A DNA stretch of 12,699 bases from Octopus sinensis (lineage: Eukaryota): positions 1 to 12,699 of the forward strand of contig NW_021826568.1 of assembly GCF_006345805.1 (NCBI RefSeq), read 5' to 3'. Position 1 is the stretch's first letter. Every line of letters starts with the position of its first letter. The notes under the pieces were generated by a model. That model worked only from the letters and a program-made list of their open reading frames with translations. It did not search any database and was not told where the DNA came from. Shown here in pieces: positions 1 to 8,476 of the stretch. A program made the translations under genes and the position numbers.

Positions 1-780
1 CGCGCACACATATATAGGAGTGTGTGTATGTATCTTCCTTTGGTGCCTTGTGGTTGAGCCAACAGCTTTACGTTCTCCAACATGGAGTAGTTATTGAATT
101 ATTCTTAATTAGATATTGCTATCCAACTGGAATGGTAACCTCAGATTTAACGCACCGTAGTTTGGAATCTATTGCCACTTTTAAATGGAACAACAAGACA
201 TTGCAGCACGACTGAATGTCACCAACGTTATCCAAGTTTAATCAAATTGATTTTAGCTTCGGTTCTCAAATACTGGAGTCAGATAGTTAGACAGATATCG
301 CTGTAAAAGTAAATTTTATGCTGCCAGTGTGATCTATTTAAATAAATTATCTCCATTTCGTTGAAGCTTTGAGACAACAAACCCATCAGATTATAACACA
401 TGATATTTTCCAGGTACTTTGCAGCGGTTTTAGAGTTCCTTCCTATGGTTTCTCTCTCCAATTTTCTATGTGATATTTTAAATATTTGTTTCTGCTTTAA
501 CTTAGATTTATATTATATTTCCGTTCCTCTCTTCTGTTTCTAAATACGCAAACATCCAACAGGTTGTGATAAAGAGGTCCCTATTTATTTAAATACGAAA
601 GGAAATATCGCCATTTTAACATTATTACAGAACAAACATAAGATGGTGGATAGGAAGAATTCGTTCGAACATTGGATGAAGTGCCTTGTCGTCTTTCTCC
701 TACACCTTATCTTCTAAGTTTTAATTCTAGCAAGGGAAAATTGCCAAATTGTCTTTCATTATCGTTACGGAGTAGAAAAC

Positions 781-997
781 GGTGCATTGGGAAAATCACT
801 AGCATGCCAAGCAAAATACTTTGCCACATTTCACCAGTCCCTACAACCTGAGTTCAAATTCCACCGAAGGCGACTTTGACTTTCATCTCTTCAGGGTCGA
901 TAAAATAAGTACCAGTTGAATACTGGGGTCAATGTAATCGTTTAGCTCCTTCTCCCAAAATTTCAGACCTTGTACCTGTAGCAGAAAGGATTATTAT
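781..997 (+). mobile_element. Degenerate tRNA-derived SINE, family 1, copy a
   Basis: Shares body CTGAGTTCAAATTCC.CCGA.G.CGACTTTG.CTTTCATC...GGGTCGATAAAATAAGTACCAGTTG..TACTGGGGTC.ATGTAATCG with the well-preserved copy at 8611-8837; B-box-like GAGTTCAAATTCC. Confidence 0.85.
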
Positions 998-1012
998 GAA
1001 GGCGGTAATTAG

Positions 1013-1222
1013 AAGGCGATGAGCTTGTAGAATCATTAGCAAGCCAGGAAAAAATGCTTAACGGTAATTCGTCGATTTTGCTTTCTGAGTTTAAATTCCG
1101 CCGAAGTCGACTTTGCATTTCATCCTTTTGCGATTGATAAAATAAATACCGCGTGAACACTGGGTAGATGTTATGACTTCCCCACCAAATTTCAAACCTT
1201 GTACCTATAACAGAACGGGTTA
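1013..1222 (+). mobile_element. Degenerate SINE, family 1, copy b
   Basis: Head GGCGATGAGCTTGTAGAATCATTAGC, B-box-like GAGTTTAAATTCC, GTCGACTTTGCATTTCATCC body, and tail matching copy a (AAATTTCAAACCTTGTACCT). Confidence 0.85.
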
Positions 1223-1238
1223 ACTTCCCGGTGTAGAA

Positions 1239-1430
1239 GACAGCGAGCTGGCAGAATCGTTTCCATGTCCGCCAAAATATTTAGCGACATCTCTTCAGAC
1301 TCATATTCTCAGTTCAAACTCAGCTGAAGTCGACATTACCGTTCATCATTTCTGAGTCGATGGAATCAGTATCCGTCGAGTTCTAGGGTCGATGTAATCG
1401 ACTTACTCCCTATCACGAAACTGATGGTCC
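1239..1430 (+). mobile_element. Degenerate SINE, family 1, copy c
   Basis: Head GCGAGCTGGCAGAATCGTT; tail GGGTCGATGTAATCGACTTACTCCC. Confidence 0.8.
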
Positions 1431-1556
1431 ATATTTGAGCCCATTAACCATTACAAGGGCCATAATATGTTATTTTCTTCAAGTACAAAACCCGAGATAA
1501 CCGACAAAATCAACCCCAACAAAATGATTAGCTTTGTGTTTATATTCAAAGCAATT

Positions 1557-1945
1557 CGCAGGCGTGGCTATGTGGTATGCAGCTTGCTTCCCAAGAACAT
1601 GGTTCCAGGTTCAGTCTCATTGCGTGACACCTTGTACGAGTGTCTTTTACTATTGCCTCGGGACGGTCAAAGCCTTGTGAGTGGATTTGATGGACGGAAA
1701 CTGAAAGAAGCCTGTCGAATATGTCTAGACGTGTGTATGTGTCTGTGTTTGCCTTTGTGTCTGTATTTGACAGCCGATCTTGGTGTTTTAGGCTCCCCGC
1801 AACTTAGCCGTTCGATAAAAGTTACCGATAGAATAAGTACCTGGCTTTAGAAAATGTCCTGGGGGTCGATATGCTCGACTAAACCGCTTCAAACCGGTGC
1901 CCTAGTATGGCAGCAATCAAGTGAAATAAGTGAAAGATGGAAGAA
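1557..1945 (+). mobile_element. tRNA-derived SINE, family 2 (CORE-like central domain)
   Basis: Head CGCAGGCGTGGCTATGTGGTA, B-box-like GGTTCAGTCTC, body CACCTTG..CGAGTGTCTT...GCCTTGTGAGTGGATTTG..GACGGAAACTGAAAGAAGCC. Colinear with the inverted copy at 9015-9401. Confidence 0.85.
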
Positions 1946-1949
1946 AAAG

Positions 1950-2106
1950 GTATTACATACACATATATATACATACGTACATACATATACGCACCATACA
2001 TACATATACATACATACAGACATCAATCCATCTATCCATCCATCCATCCATCCATCCATACATACATACATACATACATACATACATACATACATACATA
2101 CATACA
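1950..2106 (+). repeat. (CATA)n/(CATC)n compound tetranucleotide microsatellite
   Basis: Read directly. Confidence 0.95.
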
Positions 2107-2108
2107 CA

Positions 2109-2330
2109 CGTAACACACTGACGAAATACTAATCTTGAGAAGTTAGGCTTCTCAAAACTAGAAAGGAGAAGGCTAATTCGAAGACTACAGGTCCAATCCA
2201 TCACTGGAACTGTAAAAATTTGTAAAACTTCCCAGAAGTTTATCATTGAAATATATATGTGCTTGTCTAGATATGCAAATATATGCATGAAAATATATAC
2301 ATAAAACAAAACATACAATTCTGCACGTAC
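2109..2330 (+). mobile_element. 3' fragment of RLE-type non-LTR retrotransposon (R4/Dong-like), subfamily A
   Basis: 2131-2250 reads NLEKLGFSKLERRRLIRRLQVQSITGTVKICKTSQKFII, resembling the terminal helix after an RLE endonuclease. The downstream UTR aligns with the inverted copy at 11904-12199. Clade assignment is inference. Confidence 0.75.
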
Positions 2331-2355
2331 ACCTACGTACATACATACATGCATG

Positions 2356-2752
2356 ATGGCTGCTCCCTCGTTATCGAGTATGGCTATTGCACAAAGCTTA
2401 ACTGCTATTGGTGCTGTGATCGAATGTGACTTTTTAGCCCAGCTAAAGATCTACAATGTCTTGTACAGCATTGGCAGCTAAAACCTTTACCGGTAATAGC
2501 CGGCTGTAGTTATAACTAGGCTTCATGTACCTTTGCTTTAAGTCCTTCTGCCGAATTACACTCTCTTCCACATGCCCGACAGATATGGCCAGGTTGTCAC
2601 TCATCTGTCTCGCTTTATGACTACGAAGATGACTCTTGAGTCCAGCTTTACTGAGGCAGGGTCTTGCACAGAAACTGCATGTTAGCATCATAGGAAGACC
2701 CTTCCCATCTGGAAGTGTAACAGTGATGCCCTTCCTGACACCTCTCCTTACC
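2356..2752 (-). mobile_element. 5'-truncated RTE-like LINE 3' end with C-terminal C2H2 zinc fingers
   Basis: Minus strand reads RRGVRKGITVTLPDGKGLPMMLTCSFCARPCLSKAGLKSHLRSH, then after a frameshift GRECNSAEGLK..VH and CQCCTRHCRSLAGLKSHIRSQHQ* (TAG at 2405-2407). Short 3' UTR ends GCAGCCATCAT. Flanked by direct repeat TACATGCATG (2346-2355, 2753-2762). Confidence 0.75.
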
Positions 2753-2754
2753 TA

Positions 2755-2824
2755 CATGCATGCATACATACATACATACATACGTACATACATACATACA
2801 TACATACATACATACATACATACA

Positions 2825-2855
<31 letters not shown>

Positions 2856-2860
2856 GTATA
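2755..2860 (+). repeat. (CATA)n microsatellite
   Basis: Read directly. Confidence 0.95.
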
Positions 2861-3267
2861 GATACATGCATACATAAAAACATATCCATAGTGATCAGAG
2901 CCAACAGGATCAGAATATGCTTCAACGAGTAAATGTATGAAATACAAAACCTCTCCGTTGCTTTCTTTAGTCGGCTAAAAAGACAGGATCCACTCTCGCT
3001 GCACTGTTTTGAATTTCTAACAATCTAAATGTTTGTCGTTTTCTAGTTATCTTTCCTTGGCATGTATTTTTACGTTTCTTTAGATTCTAAACACCCGCGG
3101 CAGCAATGCTTCTTTTGCCACTGAAAGTTTACTTTGAATTAATTGAAATTTTTATCAAGTTTACACTGTAATGTATGCGAGAATCTACAGCAAACATCTA
3201 TACATGCATATATACACACACTCATGTACAGAGTGATATATTCATATATATATATATATATATATGT

Positions 3268-3650
3268 GGAGGCGCAATGGCCCAGTGGTTAGGACAGCGG
3301 GCTCGCGGTCATAGGATTGCGGTTTCGATTCCCAGACCGGGCGTTGTGAGTGTTTATTGAGCGAAAACACCTAAATCTCCACGAGGCTCCGGCAGGGGAT
3401 GGTGGTGATCCCTGCTGTACTCTTTCACCACAACTTTCTCATACTCTTACTTCCTGTTTCTGTTGTACCTGTATTTCAAAGGGCCGGCCTTGTCACTCTC
3501 CGTGTCACGCTGAATATCCCCGAGAACTACGTTAAGGGTACGCGTGTCTGTGGAGTGCTCGGCCACTTACACGTTAATTTGACGAGCAGGCTGTTCCGTT
3601 GATTCGGATCAACCGGAACCCTCGTCGTCGTAACCGACGGAGTGCTTCCA
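3268..3650 (+). mobile_element. tRNA-derived SINE, family 3, apparently full length
   Basis: tRNA-like head with A box TGGCCCAGTGG (3278-3288) and B box GGTTTCGATTCCC (3321-3333), followed by ~310 bp of non-tRNA body; embedded between (TA)n tracts. Confidence 0.8.
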
Positions 3651-3814
3651 TATATATATATATACAAATTATCTGTACACACACACACATACACACATGT
3701 ATATGTACATATCCATATATACAGATATATGTGTGTGTGAATATCTTGCATACATTTATATGCATCGATCTATACATACATGCGTATACACATACACACA
3801 TATATGTATATGTA

Positions 3815-3870
<56 letters not shown>

Positions 3871-3880
3871 ATATAGATGA
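3651..3880. repeat. (TA)n/(CA)n low-complexity tract
   Basis: Read directly. Confidence 0.9.
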
Positions 3881-4316
3881 ATTTTAGCTTGCGTGCGAGA
3901 CGGTTTGCGTGAATATATGTACACATGCTTTTTATGTGTATAATTTAGATTCATATTCATACGTCTGTATATGTATGTATGCGTTTTTTACGCGCATCCT
4001 TTTGTGTATGTTGATATATATATGTGGATTTTAATATAAATAAATATGTATTGCAGTATTTATAACAGGTTTAATTTCTATGCATTAATTTGTACTGTCT
4101 TCATTAACGGCAATAGGTTTTTTCCTCGGTTTTTTTCCTCGGATTTTATAATTTTTATAAGTTTTTTTATATATTATAATATATTTTTGACCTTTTTGTT
4201 TATCGCTCGAAGATTGACCGTTTTTTCTAAAGGGCCAATCAAACAAGTCCATTTCTTTTTAAAGGTGTAGCGTTTGTAAGAGTATAGATTGAATTAATAT
4301 ATATGTTCCATTCTGG

Positions 4317-4366
4317 CAAAAACTGTCTGATGAACGGCAACGAGAAACTCAGAGTAACAGATTTTG
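4317..4366 (+). ncRNA. Minimal type I hammerhead ribozyme motif
   Basis: Helix I CAAAA-A-CTGT (4317-4326) / ACAG-A-TTTTG (4357-4366); core CTGATGA (4327-4333); helix II ACG-GCAA-CGA; GAAA (4344-4347); palindromic helix III ACTC-A-GAGT; predicted cleavage after GTA (4356). Confidence 0.8.
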
Positions 4367-4392
4367 TTGAATTTTCTGCTGCTTAAAATAAA

Positions 4393-4397
4393 GATAT

Positions 4398-4433
<36 letters not shown>

Positions 4434-4612
4434 ACAGACACATATATATTATGCATATAATTACACACATATATATACATATAGTATATATATATATATA
4501 ATATTGATCTATATATATTATATTATATTATACTATATATATAATATCATATATATATTATAATATATATATATATATATTATAATGTATATATATAATA
4601 TATATATATAAT
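4393..4612. repeat. Imperfect (TA)n microsatellite
   Basis: Read directly. Confidence 0.95.
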
Positions 4613-4635
4613 ATTGATTTTCAGCTGTTACGTAA

Positions 4636-4700
4636 ATTCTTGTATATCTGCAGATGACTAACCCTGCGTTGAGGCAATTAGCAAACGCCATTGCAAGAAT
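4636..4700 (+). ncRNA. Degenerate hammerhead-like / structured RNA motif
   Basis: 9-bp closing stem ATTCTTGTA/TGCAAGAAT, core-like CTGCAGA, stem CTAA/TTAG, then CAAAC in place of GAAAC. The core is non-canonical. Confidence 0.35.
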
Positions 4701-5159
4701 GTTTTGCAGGCAATTAACAACACAATTATTGAGAACATAATCGAAACGCGTTTACACATAAAAACATTATCGATAGAATATCCATCCATTCATCGATAGC
4801 CGGGGAACGCTGTGGCAGAGTGAAAGTATAGCATCATTTGAACTCAGCTGCTTCATAATATTATATCCATCATTTCAATTCGTTTTGTTTACCAAGCAAA
4901 ATATCTCTGAAACATTATGGTAATTAGAATTCCACGCGTTTTAAATTGATACATAAGAAGCTTTCGACTTTTATATCGGCAACATCGCGAACAAAGACTC
5001 ACTTTCCTCTCTGTCTCTCCAAATAGAAAAACCAAAAAGAAAATGAAAAAGAAAAAGGAAACTCAAAGAACGTGCGTAACTAAGCAACGGTTTTGCATTA
5101 GTCCTTACTCAGTTTATTTAAAATGAATTTAAAAATCTTTCAAGAAGTGTTATCGCTTT

Positions 5160-5207
<48 letters not shown>
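5160..5207 (+). repeat. (CTG)n microsatellite
   Basis: Read directly. Confidence 0.95.
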
Positions 5208-5209
<2 letters not shown>

Positions 5210-5417
5210 CTTTGTTTCTCTTTTGGATATTCTTGTTCGTCAATAACGTAATCGCCGTGACAAGACAGTCGATTCAATTCTAATGGCTTTAGGCAAATAT
5301 GAGCACCAAAAATACATATTGTTTTATTTTATTTTATTTTATTTTTACTTCCTTGCTTACCCCAACAATGTATAGAAATTTATATGTAAAACGTCCCTCC
5401 CCTTTACATTCTCCCAT

Positions 5418-5475
5418 TCTCTTCTTCTTCTTCTTCTTCTTCTTCTTCTTCTTCTTCTACTTCTTCTACTTCTTC

Positions 5476-5507
<32 letters not shown>

Positions 5508-5645
5508 CTTCTTCTTCCTCTTCTACTTCTTCTTCTTCTATTTTGTTCTCTCCAACTTCTCCTCAACGTACCCACCTCCTCCTCGTTTCCCCCGTTATCC
5601 TCCTCTTCCTCCTCCTGCTCCTCCTGCTCCTCCTGCTCCTCCTCT
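5418..5645 (+). repeat. (CTT)n/(CTA) then (CCT)n/(CCTCCTGCT)n pyrimidine-rich triplet repeats
   Basis: Read directly. Confidence 0.95.
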
Positions 5646-5894
5646 ACTGCAGATTCACATTGCGTAATCTATTTTCTGTCAGGGAGCAGCAAACTACGGA
5701 ACGAGTGCCGGCTGCCAGCGATAGAGTTTTGATATGCTAGGAATAACAACCAAATTTCCCAAACATCGTAGCCTATTCTCATAAAAACAAAGGACGGATG
5801 CATTTGGTAATATAATCCATAATTTCCTCAAACAACCTGAATGGAGGATCACGGGTGGATTGATTTTGGTCTTGGTTCTACAAGAGGGAAACAT

Positions 5895-5975
5895 CAACCA
5901 CATCATGACCATGATCATCATCATCATCATCGTCGTCATCAGCATCAATAACAACAACAGTAACAACAACAATGT
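5895..5975 (+). repeat. (CAT)n/(CAA)n triplet repeat
   Basis: Read directly. Confidence 0.9.
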
Positions 5976-6179
5976 CAACAGCCTGCAATAGGTTGGTTTG
6001 ATAGCTTTCACGTCTGGACTGTAATGCAGTAGAGGGCGCAAGCAGAGCAGCGTGTCATTTCCCGCCCATCCATCTCTCCTTTCTTCTGCTCCACTCCTCC
6101 TCTCTTTCCCACTCATCATCCGTTCCTCTCCTTCCCTCTCACCCCCACTCCCATTCCTCGTCCCATCCATTCATTCTTA

Positions 6180-6374
6180 CATTCCTCCTCCTCCTTTTCC
6201 TCCTCTTCCTCCTTTTCCTCCTTTTCCTCCTCTTCCTCCTTTTCCTCCTCTTCCTCCTTTTCCTCTCCCATTCTGTTCCTCCTCTTCCTCGTCTTCCTCC
6301 TGTTCTTCTTCCTCCTCCCCCTCCTCCTCCTCCTACCACCACCACCACCACCACCACCACAACCACTACTACTA

Positions 6375-6422
<48 letters not shown>

Positions 6423-6465
6423 CACTACTATACTACTACTACTACTACTACTACTACTCACTACT
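6180..6465 (+). repeat. Compound (CCTCCTYTT)n-(CCT)n-(CCA)n-(CTA)n repeat
   Basis: Read directly. Confidence 0.95.
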
Positions 6466-6479
6466 AAAGTCACGTACGG

Positions 6480-6960
6480 TAGAACAAAAAACGTCGGTAG
6501 AACCCCCACAGCTGCACGTGAAGATCGAATTGATGTGAAGATAGAAAGACCTAGTGTGGATCAATTCAGTGAGCTGGTGGGTGGTGGGGATGGGGATGGG
6601 GGCATTTTACGGGAATTTAATTCTTGAGAGGAAGCAGAAAATGAAGTGGCTGAGATATGCATTGAAAGAGTTATGGAATGGATAATAGGTGTGATAGAGG
6701 TGGGCGAAAGAAAGAGTGTGGACCAATATTTGGAGAGTACCAGAATACTGTGAATATGTGAAGTGGACGCTTGCACACATGAGCAAAATCACGTAGTTTG
6801 CGAGGATAAGGGCGGAAATGAATTAAATAGTGGAGATTTTCTATAAATGTTTCTTCTGCGTATTCGACCAAGGTCTATCTCCGAAACGTCTTGCTTTTTG
6901 TCTTTACTTTCCCTTTTTAACATGTTTCTTTTTCGAGTATCACTACGAAGATCTGTTGCT
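6480..6960 (-). mobile_element. Possible decayed Penelope-like element fragment
   Basis: Plus-strand CGACCAAGGTCTATCTCCGAAACGTC (6865-6890) resembles the CTGANGAA-stem-CGAAACGTC pLTR hammerhead motif. Adjacent broken minus-strand frames (..SHIHSILVLSKY.., ..HNSFNAYLSHFIFCFLSRIKF..) loosely recall PLE N-terminal regions. By eye only. Confidence 0.3.
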
Positions 6961-7055
6961 TTTGTGGTTGAGTTCATCGTTTGTTATTGATTTGGAATAT
7001 ATTTTTATCGATAGGATAAATACTTAGAGGTATAGAAGTATAACTAAAGGTATTA

Positions 7056-7400
7056 AGTAAAGACTGTTTGCCAACATAACATGGCAGTCCTGGTTTAGGA
7101 CGAATGTTGCTGTAATTTAGCCTCAAGAGACATTATCTCCAGCTGACTATACGACACGACGTGTATCTTTATATTTTCGAACAAGGGAATCTAGCACCCA
7201 CACTCGGTTCTAAACAATATCTGTGTATCGCGATTTACGGGTTATGAGCTGAGTGAGGGTGCTAGATTCCCTTGTTCGAAAATATAAGGACACAGATCGT
7301 GTCGTATAGCCAGCTGGAGACGATGTCTCCTGGGACTAAATTACAGCAACATTCGTCCTAAACCAGGACTGCCATGTTATGTTGGCAAACAATCTTTACT
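7056..7400. mobile_element. Fold-back MITE (non-autonomous DNA transposon) with ~150-bp inverted arms
   Basis: 7056-7205 is the near-perfect reverse complement of 7251-7400 (e.g. TGTTTGCCAACATAACATGGCAGTCCTGGTTTAGGACGAATGTTGCTGTAATTTAG / CTAAATTACAGCAACATTCGTCCTAAACCAGGACTGCCATGTTATGTTGGCAAACA); ~45-bp spacer. TSD unclear. Confidence 0.85.
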
Positions 7401-7749
7401 CCAAAGTACTGTTGCTGAATCTCTCTCGTTGTGAGATTTACAAATAGTAATTTTCTAAAGGTATTAAACTTCGGAATATTTGCAAACAAGTTTAGTAACC
7501 CTATTCTCTTGCATCGTCATGAAATGTAGTTTATCGTAGTTCATGATGTTTTCTCACCAACACAAAAGTTTTACAACGCGGTTTCAATATCTGAACACGA
7601 AGAACGCATACAGTTCTATATTTAAGAGATGAGGAATTATGTACATTATTTACATTATTTACATTCGACGGATATTTGTCCTCATCTTGTTTGTTGTTAG
7701 CACAACTTTTCAGGTGTCTTGGGGAAATTTCGAACCTAAGGTATTTTTC

Positions 7750-7838
7750 GATGTTGTTGTTGTTGTTGTTGTTCTTGTCTTCTTCTTCTTCTTCCTTCTC
7801 TTCTTCTTCTTCTTCTTCTTCTTCTTCTTCTTCTTCTT

Positions 7839-7901
<63 letters not shown>

Positions 7902-7930
7902 GTTGTTGTTATCATTATTATTATTATTAT
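7750..7930 (+). repeat. Compound (GTT)n-(CTT)n-(ATT)n microsatellite
   Basis: Read directly. Confidence 0.95.
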
Positions 7931-7933
7931 CAT

Positions 7934-7994
7934 TGGAATCGAACTCGGAATCTTGGGGTTAGTAGCCCGTGCTCTTAACCACTACGCCATATGC
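7934..7994 (-). mobile_element. Isolated tRNA-like SINE head (truncated)
   Basis: Minus strand GCATATGGCGTAGTGGTTAAGAGCACGGGCTACTAACCCCAAGATTCCGAGTTCGATTCCA has A box TGGCGTAGTGG and B box GAGTTCGATTCC. It stops at a (TAA)n tract with no 3' acceptor strand. Confidence 0.7.
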
Positions 7995-8317
7995 GTTATA
8001 CCTCTCTCTCAGTCTGTATGTATGTGGTTTTGTGTGCATATGTGTATGTGTGGTGGTGGTGGTGGGGCATAAGATAATTCATCGCAAAAGCAACACTAAT
8101 GGATACACAATGAGAGACAACACAATATTCAGTATTATACAAGTCGTTTCTAAATTTTCTATTTTGTTTTATTTCAAGAAAAAAAAATAATACAATACAC
8201 ATTTATTTATTTTAAATTCAACCCACTTACAATATTTCTCTATTGTTCGATTTTCATACATTACTTAATTGTATATATACTTCATTAATATATGTCTGCG
8301 ACTTATAATGGTATTTT

Positions 8318-8440
8318 GGACGTGGAGTGCTGGCAGAATTGCTACACATTTCGTTTCACCGGGCGGAATGTTTAGCGATATCATACCCGTCTAAACGTAC
8401 AGAGCTTAAAAGCCATAGCGGTTGACTTGGCCTTTCAGCC
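8318..8440 (+). mobile_element. Old, 3'-truncated family 1 SINE
   Basis: GAGTGCTGGCAGAATT..CCGGGCGGAATGTTTAGCG..GGTTGACTTGGCCTTTCA. Confidence 0.7.
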
Positions 8441-8476
8441 ATATCCTTTAAAACCGATTGTTATGTTTATGCTTAA

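Noticed and set aside
963-1850. ORFs 963-1160 and 1467-1850 (also 3350-3602, 9192-9527, 9451-9705)
   Set aside because: They lie largely within SINE copies, which are non-coding.
2118-2170. Hammerhead candidate CTGACGA with hairpin TTGAGAAG/CTTCTCAA
   Set aside because: No helix III/NUH or helix I can be formed; it lies in the LINE coding remnant.
1854-2354. ORFs of YIHT/MYVC repeats (also 2636-2947, 3527-3880, 9867-10590, 11300-11730)
   Set aside because: Translations of (CATA)n/(TATG)n/(TA)n microsatellites that happen to lack stops.
2443-2691. Host C2H2 zinc-finger gene
   Set aside because: No TGEKP linkers; frameshift and stops; retroelement-type tail and a 10-bp TSD.
2892-2928. 37-nt plus-strand micro-exon (AG..DQSQQDQNMLQR..GTAAAT)
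   Set aside because: No polypyrimidine tract, no partner exons, no recognisable homology.
5299-6627. Long ORFs with poly-F/R/P/T/H/L runs (also 7639-7978)
   Set aside because: Produced by triplet microsatellites; open on both strands, with no recognisable domain.
7934-7994. Functional tRNA gene (also 3268-3340)
   Set aside because: A and B boxes are present but no complete acceptor stem or cloverleaf forms; better explained as SINE heads.
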